Assembly (NCBI RefSeq): GCF_009914755.1
Contig: NC_060926.1
Strand: one strand, 5' to 3'
Origin: the human T2T-CHM13v2.0 reference genome, Homo sapiens
DNA: 64,000 nucleotides
Of this stretch, positions 28,864-43,885 are shown piece by piece. The notes below the pieces were generated by a model. The model had not been told where the DNA came from, searched no databases, and was given only the letters and a program-made list of their open reading frames with translations. Both the position numbers and the translations under genes were made by a program. Numbering within the stretch: the first letter of the stretch is position 1; each line of letters begins with the position of its first letter.

Positions 28864-29423
28864 TAAGAACATGCTTACGATTGCTGCCCCTCAGCAATTG
28901 AACTTTATCTTTTTATGGTTTATAGCTCCTTCTACTACAATTTTAAGGTATTATAATTTGTGTTGAGGATAGGGTTGGAGTGGAAATGGGGATTTCTGTT
29001 TCTTTTCCTCCTTAAAATAGAAACAAAGGAAAGGAAGTCATGAACCTGGTTGGATTATCTCAAATAAACAAAGAATGGCTTCCTCTGCTCTCCCACCCCA
29101 CAGAAAAGACCTATAGGCTACCTAGCTGTGTGCTAAGAGACTCTCACAGTACATGTTTTCAGGTATAGGAACACCAGCTTAGTGAACATATTATTCCATG
29201 GAGGGTCCACCTGTCCTAGGCATTTATGAACCAGAGCTTAAGTAGATAAAGTGGACTTTTTTAAGCCTTTATTCTCAGCCACTTGCTGACATAGATAGAG
29301 CCTGAATATATGGTATCTAAAGATGTCCATTATATCTAATAAGACTGTGATGTAACCCACCGTAATCCCTAATTCCATGATATTACATGGATGAGGTTCT
29401 TAAGTATTTTTTTTGGGTTATTA

Positions 29424-29897
<474 letters not shown>

Positions 29898-30651
29898 TTA
29901 GAGATCTTTCTGCTCTGTTGGCTCTAAATGTGGAGCCAACTCCACTTAAGCATTCTTGCCTTACAGAAAAGTACGACATGTCTGTTCCTAAAATGTGAAG
30001 TTGCTGTAACTAAAAGCAACCGTATGTGTTTGTGTGTATTTAAATCTGCTATTTCTATAAGAAATTAAAGAGGAGAAATAGACAATGACAAGATTTGACA
30101 ATCCTTTATTTCCTTTCTATTAACTGAAGAAAATATTTTCTAATTTAAAGTTTCAACCTAGTATCAACCATTTCTTTAAGCAATTGTGAGTATTTTTTCT
30201 TGTTGGTTTGGTTTTGCTTCGGGAGGTGGTGTTCTGTTCCTTCCCTTTCTCAGATCTTCGATCCCTTTGTTGTCACCACCAAAGTCAGGGACTGTGTGGA
30301 TATTTCCTGGACCCACAGAACCCCTGAGGCACATTTTGTAAGACCATTCTGAAAGAGAGCCCACATAATATTAAGGACTCGGAATGCCCTTTAATTTTGT
30401 CCACACCATGTTTAGATTATCTGAGCTGTTTAAATTGACCGAGATGAATCAGATGCCTCCCTTCAGCTTGGGCAGATGAGCAAATCTCACTGCAGTTAAT
30501 AATGTCTTTAAAATCACTGTTATTCATTCCCAGAAAGGTACCCAGTTAGGTCTTACCAATGTGTGGAGTTCTTAGACATCATTATTTAATAAGTCAATAG
30601 CATGAGTTGAACACTGACTCAGTACAGAGTATGTGTTTAGGTTCTATTTTC

Positions 30652-30744
30652 TTTTTTTTCACGTTTTATTTGTTTATTTTTTTATTATACTTTAAGTTTT
30701 AGGGTACACGTGCACAACGTGCAGGTTTGTTGCATGTGTATAGA
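30652..30744 (-). mobile_element. Very short L1PA 3' end
   Basis: TTATTATACTTTAAGTTTTAGGGTACACGTGCACAACGTGCAGGTTTGTT; perfect 14-bp TSD TAGGTTCTATTTTC at 30638 and 30745. Confidence 0.92.
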
Positions 30745-32574
30745 TAGGTTCTATTTTCAAAGGAATTGTTAGGTTATTTCCACATGCTAAGAAAAGATGG
30801 TTCTCTTCTACCTTTGCCTTTTGTCTGAGACATATGCAGCATTTTCATGATAAAATCCTAGTGGGTTTACTACTCCTTTGGTAAGCTTAGACTTGTGTGT
30901 TTCTTTCCTGTGTAGTATTAGTTACTCATCATTTCAAAATTCACTTAACCTTAATTTTCTGGTTTTTACGGACAAAAAGCATCTTCCATTTCTTGTTTAA
31001 TAATGTGATGGAAGAAGATGGCTGTTATGGTCATATTGCTCCCAAGAGTCTGTGGGAATTCCATCAGTATGTGGTCATTTACCTGTTTTGAATTTTCATT
31101 CTGTCCATTAAAATGTATTAATTATTTCAAGTGCTTTTAAAAGAGTCTGATAGCTAAAATGAGAATATGTCCACATACTTAGGTAGAATGGATCTGTTCC
31201 TTTTAGTGATAATTTTGGGAGCTCAGTCAGGTGGTATTGGTTGTGATTTGGGGATTTAAACTTTCCACTGGAAGAATACCATTCATTAAGTAGTTGGTGA
31301 AGAGAAATGATCTCTGAATTATGAGCCTTGATGTGTTGCTTGTAGGATCACAGAAGTAGATCTGCCCATGGCCTTTATGCATGCATGTATATTATTTCAG
31401 TACTTTGTGGTTGTCCTGTTGGAAGTTTGTTTTTAGGAGTTGGCACTACCATATATTTGTGGAGATTCACAAATTCTTCATCTAGAGTAATAATAAGAAA
31501 GATTCATACCAGAAAATAGTTTTTTAAAAATAGCATGTCCAGTTTTGAACTCAGTATTTTAACAGTTTCACAATATACAACCAGTTTCTCAGGGACTGAC
31601 CTGTCAGTCTAAACACACACACATAGAGTATCTGATTTCTGATTTTGACCTTGGATTTTGTCCTTCTCTGGAAGGTGACTTTCTCAGGCAAATAGGATAA
31701 TAATGCTAAATATTTCCACTTTTAAAAATAAATTTCTTTTGATCCAAAATCATAAGACTTTGGAATTTACAGCAAGTATATTTTTAGGCTATAAATGATT
31801 AACAGGATATAAATGTATCTTAAGGTATCTTCACATTGCTTAACATTTTAGCAGCTATGAGTAGGATTATAATCAAAATACATTGCAGTAAATCATTTGT
31901 AAATTTGTAAATCATTACTTTCCAATGTTAGGCCATCCCCTATGTTATTTGATTTAAATTTATTTACATTTTAAGGGACACAGAAAAATCTATTCAATCA
32001 ATCTGTGACTTTGCCCTGAAATTCTTACACTCAAGGTCTGTTTTGCCATGCAAATATTATCCGGGGGGGTTACATTACCTATTATTAGCCATCAATTACT
32101 ACTTAATATTAGCAAAATATACAAATGAACTAGCCAGTCAGTTTGGGAAAGAAGAAAATACCTGATGCAGCTAGTAAGAGGAGGAACACCAGGGTTTCCT
32201 GATGGGATGCTGCAGGATGAACTAGAACAGATAGCAAGATGCTGGGCTTCAGCACAGCCAAGGACACATGGGAGGTGGCACATGATAGTCTGGTCACTGG
32301 AGGAATAGCAGTAAGTATTATAAGAGGGAAGAAACTCTGCAGCCGGGTGTTCAATGTGAGCTGGCCACTGAAGGGTTTAAGGAAGATCATGCCTACTTTC
32401 TTTTCTCCTTCTTCTCATCATCTTATTTCTACCCATCTCTTTGTGCCATCTTTGCTGATCTTAGGCCCACAGGCTCTCAGATCCTCTCCTTGCCCCGTAT
32501 GAAAGGGTGCTGATTTCTGTAGGCTATGTTTTCCAGGGTCTGTTCTCGTGTCTTCTACCTGGGTTCGGCTAATG

Positions 32575-32734
32575 TATTGGTTCTCAACTCACCAAGAGAG
32601 CTTTTAAAGCTCCTAATGCCCAGGTTGCACCCAGACCAATTACATCAGTCTTTCTAGGGGTGTACCGAGGCATTCAACGTTTTTACAGCTTCCTAGTTGA
32701 TTCTAGTTTGTGCAGCCAAGGTTGAGAACCACCA
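32575..32734. mobile_element. MER5A-like hAT-Charlie element inserted in an old ERVL-type LTR remnant
   Basis: Termini TGGTTCTCAAC / GTTGAGAACCA; perfect 8-bp TSD GGCTAATG at 32567 and 32735. Confidence 0.85.
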
Positions 32735-33569
32735 GGCTAATGGGAGGCATAGGTAAGGGGAGGATTACAGGAAAGGAGGAGGGGCGGGGGTTGGGGGGAA
32801 AGCAGGGCATTTATATTTCTCTTTCCAGCTCATGCAGCATGTTTGTGTAAGATTTGGAGATGGTTCCCTCTAGTCCTCTCTCTGGCCTCTTGTAGTTTAC
32901 TTATGTACATGTGCTGGTCAGTACTCAGCTGAAGACTCTAGGGAAGCTACAGATCTCTACAGTCCTCTCTCTCTGTAGCTTTCTCCACGTGGGTACTCTG
33001 TCCCGCTTCCCAGACTCTCAGCCTTGTCTCCTCAGCTCTAGAGACCTCTGTGAGCTGCTGCGTCTCACCTATGCCCCACCCACTGTGGGTGGCCCTGAGC
33101 TCCAACAACATTCTCTCTTCTCTTTATTCTTCTGCCCAAGGCCGTGGAGAGGCTGCCTGTGGTTCTCACAGTGGTCTGGCTTCCCAGCTTTTCTGTCACC
33201 TACCTAACCAAGTCCCTGAATTAAGTCAGATTGGTGCCTGCCTCTGATGAGATCCTGATCCACCACTCTTCACTACTTACAAAGACTCCTGATGGCAATT
33301 GGTACTGTGAAGAAACAGAATACAAATAGAATAACTCAATTATTGATTAAAAAGCAAAAAGATGGTAGACCTTAAATAACTTTTTCCCCATTCTGATTCC
33401 TTAAGGGAGGATTAATTCTTCTTTAAAAATGGTTTTTACCACAATAAAAATGTTTTAAAAGATGACTTAATTCTCATAGTAAATTTGGAATTATGAATTC
33501 TACATGCTCTAGAGGACCAAGTATTATTCTATATTACTTAAAAATCAAAATCCTAGACATTTGTTCAAT

Positions 33570-34230
33570 TTAGTTGAACAGTTATTTAGGCCCAAAGAGC
33601 CTCAGATTAGTAAGATGCAGGGGCTGAATACTAAAGGGAAGCGTGTTGGAAAAAACAGGAGAGACTGAGGCCAGATGGATGCTGGGATCAGTAACCTGAA
33701 TTTCATCTGGAGGCAGTAGGTAGCCATAGCAAGGTTCAAAGCAGGGAGGACCATAGATTTTCATATGTTCCTCCCTGCTTTGAATGTTGCTATGGAGGGT
33801 AACTTTGAAGCCAGGAGCCCACTGAGAAGGTTCTTAAAATAGTCCAAGTAAGAGACGGTACAGGCCTGAACTGCAGCAGTAGCAACAGAAATTGAGGGAA
33901 GGAATAGATCTGGGAGGTAAAATTGACAGAATTATTTGGATGTGGAAGTGAGGTAGAGACCCCTACATTTCCAGCTTGGTATGTTAATTCCAAAAATCTA
34001 ATAGGAAATTCAGAAAGGAGATGTAGAATGGGGTGGGGGTGTGATTGTTTGGTTTGAAATTGAAACATCTAGATGGGGATGTCTAGCAGGCAGTTGACAC
34101 AATATTGTAAGTCTGAAGCTTATAGGAGAGGTTAGGATGGGATGCAGATTTGCAGCAGTGAAAATCGGGAATGTGGATAAGATCAACAAGGAAATCTTGT
34201 CGTCTAAGAAGAGAAATGGGCTGAGGAAAA
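33570..34230 (-). mobile_element. L2 LINE remnant
   Basis: AGTCCAAGTAAGAGA...GGCCTGAACTGCAGCAGTAGCA...TTGGATGTGG purine-rich antisense L2 pattern. Confidence 0.65.
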
Positions 34231-34524
34231 TCAATTATAATTGTCTCCAAGATAGTATTTCAAGTTTCTGATTTATTGAAATGTTGGTCTGTGCTTTATT
34301 GCTTAAAGTAAGTATCCTTATGCTTGAGAATATTTTGTGTTATATGGAACTGTCATTATGGTATTACCGTAACCTGTTTCTATATATTGTTTTAGCAGCA
34401 ATGGACTTTCTGAGCACCCCCCAATATCATCACCTGAGCCAGGAACCCTCTGTGGGTGTTCCTAGGTGGGCCTAAGACATAAGCAAGGGAGAAAAAAAAT
34501 AAAAGGAACAGGACTTTAAGGATT

Positions 34525-34745
34525 GTATGGTGGTTACGAGCAGAGGCTGAGTCAGATTGCCTGGCTCTGCAACTTGGAACTATATGGCCTTGGACAAGTT
34601 ACAGAACTTTTTGCATCTCTGTATTGTTATCTATAAATAGGGATATTATTAGTACCTGCTTCTTAGGGTTTTTTATGAAGACTAGATGAGATAAAACATG
34701 GCAATTGCTTCAACAATGACCAGCATAGATTAGGAGTTCAGCTTA
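34525..34745 (+). mobile_element. MIR SINE remnant
   Basis: GTGGTTACGAGCAGAGGCT...GGCCTTGGACAAGTTAC...ATCTATAAATAGGGAT. Confidence 0.7.
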
Positions 34746-34899
34746 TTTTACTTTTTTTCTGTCAGTCTGATATATTATGCTGTTTATAACTACAAGACCC
34801 ATTGAAGTTGATAAAAATACAAGTTGACAGTACAATATCAGAAGTGTACAGATGATTAAACCTGCAAAGTCAAGATGTTTATGATTTTCAAAATAACTA

Positions 34900-35385
<486 letters not shown>

Positions 35386-36344
35386 CTAATTAAGTTAATC
35401 AGTACTAGAAAATGAAGTACTTTTATACTTTCAATTTTGTAGGATATGTGTAAAAAAACTGTTGATTTGATGTCATCTGACTAGTTAATGAAATAAAAGG
35501 TAATAACTTTTCTTAGCACTGGTGAAATGAGACCTGTTTGGCCTGTGTTTTCTCTGCCAGAGCAGTACAAGTAATTGACTGTGGCTTTAAGCCCAGTGTA
35601 TGAGTATTCTTGGTCATGGCCCAGTTTTTCACAGAGGTACGAAGATTCCATGTGGAATCCTGCCAGCCAACTTATAGGCACTGTAGAATATAGTTTAGCC
35701 ACAACATCAGTTCTACTGTAATATCAGTGTCAGTTTTTAAAATGTGAAATAAATGAGTGCTCTGTAGCAGTGAAACAGGAGTTTACTCACAAGGTCTGAG
35801 GAAGGTGGATTGCAGATGTAAAGTGGCTGTGTGTTCTTTTCTTTTTAGTGTAGGGGAGATTTTATGGTTCCATCGAAGTCATCATTCTCCACAACTCAGT
35901 TTTGTGTTTTTTGTTTGTGTTTTTCATTTATTATATAAAAACCATGGCAAAGCACTAAAGAAAACAAACATAAAGCCACACTGTAACTCCTGAAATTGGA
36001 TAATCAGTCCAACATTTCTACAGGGGTTAGAATTTATATCATCTTGTGTAACTTTATTGTTACAGTTTTGAAACTGAGTATTAGGGTGCTAAAACCATCC
36101 TCCATTTCATTCAGAAACAAGTGTTTCATAAAGATAATGTTTTGTGCCCTATTTTAAATTCCAATTATTTTATACAAAATCATAGTAAAAAGTGACGTTA
36201 ATCTTTTTCCTTGTTTTTGCACTATGTATCTTGGTAAATTAACTGTAGCATACTGGGTAACAAATTTAGAGCTAGTGTAGTCCAGGCCTCTTATTTTACA
36301 GCCCACCTGAGGATACAAGCCTGAAGTCTTGCACCCTTCAGAGT

Positions 36345-36590
36345 AGGCCTTGGTGTTAAGTGAGGCCCTTTGAGTTGAACTGGCCTGGCTTCCATCCTGC
36401 TTGTGCTCCTTATTTAACTGGACAATCTTGGGCCTGCTGTGTGAGCTGAGTCTCAGTTTTATTCATCTGTAAATCTGGGGATACTTATCTCATATTAAAG
36501 AGAATTACAGGAGAATTGATGCAAAGCACTCAGAATGGAGTCAGGCAGATAGCAAAGATGCAAGAAGCAGTCGGAGATGCTGTCATTGTT
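36345..36590 (+). mobile_element. MIR SINE remnant
   Basis: TCTTGGGC...TGAGTCTCAGTTTTATTCATCTGTAAA...GCAAAGCACTCAG. Confidence 0.6.
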
Positions 36591-39500
36591 AACTATCAGT
36601 GGTGGGGGGATTTGGTGGCATTTGAGTGTTAGTTCCATTTAACTCATCAGAGTATTTAAGAAAATGTAGAATCTAGCTCCTTCACATGCTAAAAGTAGGA
36701 CTTAAATATGTTCTGTCTCCTTTTCCAGAGTACCTCTCTTTTTAAAAAGCCCCAATCACAAAAAAAAAAAAAAAACCCCAACTATACCCTGTTTAAAGAA
36801 CACGAATTTTTTTTTTTCTGACTCTGCCAGCCTTTCTCAGTGAGGGCTCCTCAGAAACACAAAACATACAGAATGACTTGAGTGACCATTTCTTCAGTTC
36901 TCCCAAGGATGGCATATAACTACTACCATTCGGATACATAAAAGACAGAATAATTTATTTCATATGATGGTGGCTTTAGAACATAAGGTCTTTTTCCTCT
37001 CCTGGTACCTTGGTTTAAAAATTTCATTTGCAGAGTCAGTTGGAATTTTTTTAAAAAGTTAAGTGCTTCTCTTTTCATTAGAATACTTACTTTGAAATCA
37101 GATTCATAACGTAATATGGAAAGAATAATGCTTCCTGTAATTGACTAATGGACAAAAAGAAGGTCATTTTTTTTCCTTTATCTTTAAGCTCTAAGGATTA
37201 CAGAGCTGAGATTTAAAAACAGTTTTGTTTTTTATCGGGATAGGTGATTTGCCAAAGGAGATATAGCCTGTATTAAACTCTGGTACGAGGGGAAAAAAAT
37301 ACATTATCCTGCCTCCTCCTTGATCAATCAAAGGGCATGAATTTTAATATTTAAAAAATGTCTTTGTGAATTAAGCTTAAAAAATCCTACCCAAACAATA
37401 GCACTCTCCAAAAGTGAATGATTTTGCCACCATCAAATGATCTTCAGGATTCTCCCCTGTCTTGTGGTGAGGTTTAGTTTCCTAAGACCAAAATGAGATT
37501 AAGCCTTGCTGAACTTTATCTGAGTTTTAATAATCATAGAATTATTACAAACTCTGAAAGAGTTTGAGATTATAAGAGTATGCTGTTTTCGCAACATAAA
37601 AGCCAGGTGGATGGACGCAGGGTGTATCCAAGGCTGCACAGTTTGGGAAGTTCCCCCAGATCTCTTCACTGCCTGCCAGAGTGTTCTGTCCGACAGAAAG
37701 GCACAGGCACTTTACTCTGCTAAATCCTATAGTTCCAACTGCTACAGCTCCCTAGCTTTTTGAAAAACCCAACTGAAAAGTAGTTTAAACTGGGAGAGCT
37801 ATGTGTTAGCAGTAAAATCTGCCTAATAACTCACTGGGATCTGAGTTGGAAAAAAATTATCTGGCAGTGTCATGAAGTTTTTAAAATTTGGGGGATCAGA
37901 GAGAGGGAGGAACTAGGAAGGCACATTCATTTATAAAGAAGCTAATGAAACATGGACTACGAACTAGAAATTCCAAGTTGGCCAGAGATAGGGAATCTAC
38001 AGTAGCTAGACATTTATGGATGTTCGTTCTGGGTCTGCTCAACCCAAAACTACATACTGGTGGGAATACAAGAGATGAATACTCGGTTCTGGTCTCCTTG
38101 CATTTATACCCTGGCTTTAAAGCTGAGCTTAAATGTCAACCTCCTTCAGAGCCATCTAAGACTGTACTGATTCTATTTTAGAACAGGCCAAATTTCAGGG
38201 GTGAGGGACTTAGGGATTCTGAGGATCTCTCCCAGTGCACTGCTCTGAAAATATGGTAGGCCTGGGCCAGCTGCTGGGACAGGTCACAAGCCATCACCAC
38301 AAACATTTATCCAGAGAGTTCATGTTTAGCACAATCCTAAATGTTTCAGAGAAAACTAAAAATATGCAGTCTCTCTCTGATTCATAGGCTCAGTAAAAAA
38401 AAAAACTTGAAAGGATGTCTTGACACACAAAATATAAAAATATTAGCGCACTCAAGGTGTCTGACATGGAATTATTTTAACACAATGAGTATTAGAGAAT
38501 GGAGCTAATTAGAGCTTTTCTAATCAGAGAACACAAAGTTAGTGATTTCAATTTTGTTTTGTTTTGTTTTGCTTTTAGCCAAAAGGACAGCTGGCAATGT
38601 TCTGTTAGACATGAGTGATTGAGCGAAACTGTGAGGTTAGGTCAGTGTGAGTCCATCACCAGTGGATTTCATTTTTAATTTTGTGCCAACTAGAGAGCTT
38701 TGGATTTGTTAAAATATGGCATTTATGGATTATTCCTGTACTGCTAAGTCCTCTGCTAATATATGGAGGACACATAGGCCCTATCTTATACATATAGTCT
38801 GTGTCATAGCACATATGAAAAAATGACCTACCTAGTGATATAAAGAAGCCACATTAAAAAATAAATTGCTTATATACTTCTTAGTGCCACGTTTTAGGCA
38901 TTATAAGCTACTATCTTCATAATAGCTGGCAATATGAAAATTATAATTGCAGCTATTATTTATATGTGGGTAGATTTCTATTTTCCTATTCCTTTCACAT
39001 TTTACCTCCAAAGACATTGATACCCATTTCTGGAGGAAAAGCCCCTTGGAGCTATTTAAAATACAGGTTCTCATTATCACATTGTAAGCTATGGAGTCTC
39101 AAAAATTGAAGAATTTATGATCAGGAATTGAAAGATAATCATTTGGTTTTTATCATCCCTTGAAAAGAACATCTTTGCAAAGAAATATCTTACCATGTAA
39201 TATAGCTACCAGGCTGACTTATTAATAACAGCATTACTTATAATCAAGCTATTCATAGTTAAGAAGAAAAGGCCATTGTTGCAAAGTGGTATAAATGGAT
39301 CCAGGGCTTTTACTGGCATCACATGGTTTTCTTTCTCTTCCATCTTCAGTGGCTGGGTTGATTGAGGTACTTGCTGAGTTAAAGAGAGCAGGACAAACAC
39401 CATGTGTACTGTACCTTTTGTGATTGCAGACTGCCCTTAGACTGCCACCATCTAACAGGCTGAGGTGATGGTCAAAGTGTATGGTAGACAAGAGTAAAGA

Positions 39501-39609
39501 TGGTTCCTGCAAATTCCATTACCTAGACAACCACTGTGGAGACCAATTTAGCACTCTATGCTCAGCCTCAAGCTAGATACTCCCTATGGCCTAAAAATTA
39601 CATTTTTTA

Positions 39610-40170
39610 GATAAATACCTCCCTGGAGAAACTCATACACATGCAGAAAGATGTGTACAAGGATGCTTAGTTGCTTACTTGTGGCTTTCTTACAGTGAAA
39701 AAGAGAAACAGTCTAAATAGCCATCAATTGAGGAATGGATACATTCAATATGGTATAGTCATAAGGTGAAATGTTAATGCAGGGGTTAAAAGAAATAGAC
39801 TAGATCAATATGCCAACATGGAAAGCTGTCAACACTATGATGTTGACTGGGGAAAAAAGCAGGTTTCAAAATAATACACAATTCAGTACAGTTATACAAA
39901 TGTTAACAATAAATTTTAAAAGTTTAGCATATTTTTATGGATTTACATATATATAAAGACATTTAAATTTGTAGAGGAATAATACACTCTAAATTCACAG
40001 TTGCCCTAGCTTTCTGGACAGGACAAAAAGAGAAAGGGACTTGGATGGGGAACAAAGGGGACCTCTACATTATCTGTAATATTTTTTTCTTTAAGGAAAT
40101 AATGGCAAAATATTCATAATTTTCCATTCTTGGTGCTAGACAGTCTCTACCTTTTTTTGGTATTTTCTAC
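39610..40170 (+). mobile_element. Old L1ME-like 3' fragment
   Basis: TGTACAAGGATGCTT...CTAAATAGCCATCAA...GGAATGGATA...TATGGTATAGTCATA motifs. Confidence 0.65.
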
Positions 40171-40465
40171 TGGGAAATAGTTTGAAACCCATGTGTCCTT
40201 ACAGTGGATCAATATAACCGTCCTCCTGTAGAAGAGCCAAATGTGTGTATGTGTATATGCATATGCATGTGTGTGCATAGTTATAGCTGTATATGTTTTA
40301 AAGAAACATTTATCCAAATACCTCAGGTAAACATTGAGATTTTGTGTCCCTAATATGCATATTGTCTGTCTATATTTTGCCCTAAATGGCATAAATGATT
40401 ACAAGTCTATTTTGTATAACAACCATGGCTTCAGGTCTTATTTTCTTCTCTTTAAAATGAGATCA

Positions 40466-41352
<887 letters not shown>

Positions 41353-41772
41353 AATCAAGATACCAAAAAGCCAAGTGATGTCCCAAAGCTCATAAAGTTT
41401 ATTACTGGCAGTAAGTGCAGGTATGAGTGTTTGTACCAGCTGTTTCGTTATCTTGAGTAATAGAGTGTCAGTTTACTGCGTTTTTATTGTACAAGTCAAA
41501 AGTCTTAACTAATTGGGCTAATTATATTTCTACATATACATGGAAATATCTGGCAGACTGCAATTATATAATTTTGAAGGATAGTCTGGAAGAGTGGATA
41601 AGAAAATAAATTTTCTCAGAAGCTTACTTCATAGCATACCTCTCCAAAGCCTTTCCAACTTGAAGAAGTAACAATTCCATTCTTATTTCTGAAATACTGA
41701 GCAATTCTTACCTTTTTTTCTGCTGAAAACATCTTTAAATAGTAGTCTATAGACAAACAGTAACTTGCTAAC

Positions 41773-42100
41773 TTTTTCTTTTTCTCTTTTTCCTTTTTTT
41801 TTTTTTTTTTTTTTTTGAGACAGGGGTCTCACTCTGTCTCCCAGGCTGGAATGCAGTGATGCAATCTCAGCTCACTGCAGCCTCAACACCTTGGGCTCAG
41901 ATGATACCCCCACCCCAGCCTCCCAAGTAGCACAGACTACAGGCATGTGCCACCATGCCCAGCTAAGTTTTGTATTTTTTGTAGAGACGAGGTTTTGTCA
42001 TGTTGGCCAGGCTAGTCTTAAACTCCTAAGCTCAAGTGATCTGCCCACCTCAGCCTCCGAAAGTGCTGGGTTTATAGGCAATGAGCCATTGTGCCCAGCC
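41773..42100 (-). mobile_element. AluJ SINE
   Basis: Long poly-T then antisense Alu ending GTGCCCAGCC. Confidence 0.93.
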
Positions 42101-42489
42101 ACTGAGTTTTTCTTTCCTTTAAAAAGTTAACATATAGATTGAAGCTCTGACATTATTGAAAAGAAGAATAAACTTTCGGTTACATTTGTCCAGGTGTACT
42201 ATACCTTTGGACCATCTCCTGCGCATTGTGGTTGCTGAGTACAGTGAGGAATCCTCAGTGATGCAGTGTTGGCCAGTGGTCCTTGGTTATAACCATTGGC
42301 CAAGCATTTCATTCCATTGAGGAGAATGAGAAGAGAGCAAGTTGGTCTAGGCTTGACTCCAGTCATCATCCTAAGCCCTGGTAGGATCGTTGAGTAGTGT
42401 AGTAGTTACCCTGTTTTCTTTTTTCCTTCTTTTTGCCAATTTGCCTATAAAAAGTGTATGTGTGTGTATATGTACATGTGTGCATTTGA

Positions 42490-42690
42490 TCTAGATTCAA
42501 ATCCCACACTTAGTCCTGTCTAACATTGGATAAGTCAGTAATTTTAGCTTTGTTAAGCCTCAGGTTCCTCATTGGTAAAACGGGGCAATAATTATACCTA
42601 ACTTCATAGCATTGTCCTTAAGATTAAATGAGATAATGCTAGCAAGCACATAATAAGTCCTCAACTATGAACAGTAGGTAGTATTGTTAC
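42490..42690 (+). mobile_element. MIR SINE remnant
   Basis: GATTCAAATCCCA...AAGCCTCAGGTTCCTCATTGGTAAAACGGGG...AAGATTAAATGAGATAATG. Confidence 0.75.
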
Positions 42691-42691
42691 T

Positions 42692-43185
42692 AATTCATTC
42701 CTCCAACAAGTATTTATTAAACACACTGGGTGACAGGCACTGTGCTATAATCTAGGGATATATGGAATCTGTAATAAGAAAGATAAAGGTCAGTCCTCGT
42801 GGGACTCACATTCTACTGGGGCAGACAGTGAACAGTAAGTAGATGATTTTACTTCTGATAATGATGGGTGATTTAGGGCAAAAGTAAGACAGAGTGAAGG
42901 GTCCTAAGAGTGACTGAGGAGAAGCAATTGTTTCAGCTCGGTTAGGCTGGGAGACTTTCCCTGAGGAAGTGGCATTTGAGCAGAGTCCTGAATGGAAGCC
43001 CCCAGTGAAGATCTTGGGGACAGAGAAAACCACACATGTGAATGGCCAGGGAGAGGGTAATAAAAGGACACCAGTGCACTGGACAAGGATCCTGGGAAGC
43101 TTGAGCATCATACTAAGAATTGGAATGTTTTTCTAAGAGAAGCTGAGTTTTAGCAGGAGGTGATATAACTGATTTCTGCTTTTAT
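42692..43185 (-). mobile_element. L2 LINE 3' end
   Basis: ATTCATTCCTCCAACAAGTATTTATTAA...CAGGCACTGTGCTA, the antisense L2 terminus. Confidence 0.8.
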
Positions 43186-43472
43186 GTTTTTTGAAGGCAA
43201 TTGCTTGGGCAGAGGATTTCTTATTATTATTTATCTCACCCTACTTTACAAAGGTCCATTTTTCTTCATTCTCTGAGTTTTAGAGAAATTACAAGCTGTG
43301 CTGTTTTTTTGAGTCATCAGCTGATGATTCATGTACTATCTTTGCTGATTTAGTGATTTCTACCAATCCAGATGAAAGTTTTTTGTTTTTTTTTTCAGCA
43401 ACTTCAAAAATATCAGAATAGGTAAATAATCTAGATGAAAAGTAAAAAACAAAAATAAGTTTAAAAATCTCC

Positions 43473-43603
43473 AATCGCTTGAACCTGGGAAGTGGACGTT
43501 GCAGTGAGCCGAGATTGCGCCACTGCACTCCAGCCTGAGAGACAGAGCCAGACTCCATCTCAAAAACAACAACAACAACACAACAACAACAACAATAACA
43601 AAA
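43473..43603 (+). mobile_element. 5'-truncated Alu (right-arm end) with (CAA)n tail
   Basis: AATCGCTTGAACCTGGGA...GACTCCATCTC followed by AAAAACAACAAC... Confidence 0.9.
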
Positions 43604-43669
43604 CTCTAATCTTAACAAAAATTATAATTATGGGATAATATTTTAAAAATAGTAATTATACTACCATTT

Positions 43670-43885
43670 GATTGCTTATTACATATAAAAGTTACAAAAG
43701 CATCGTGCTAAATGCTTTTCCTATAAGCCCTATTTAATCTTTTTAACAGTCTTGTGAGTTAGGCATTGTTATGTCCATTTTAGAGATGAGAATTGTAGAG
43801 TGATTAAGTTTCCCATGATGACACAGCCAGTAAATAATGAACATAGGATTTAAACCCCAAAGTCATGTTCTCAGCTGCTACCTTA
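43670..43885 (-). mobile_element. MIR SINE remnant
   Basis: TGCTAAATGCTTT...TTTAATCT...CCATTTTAGAGATGAG...GGATTTAAACCCC. Confidence 0.7.
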
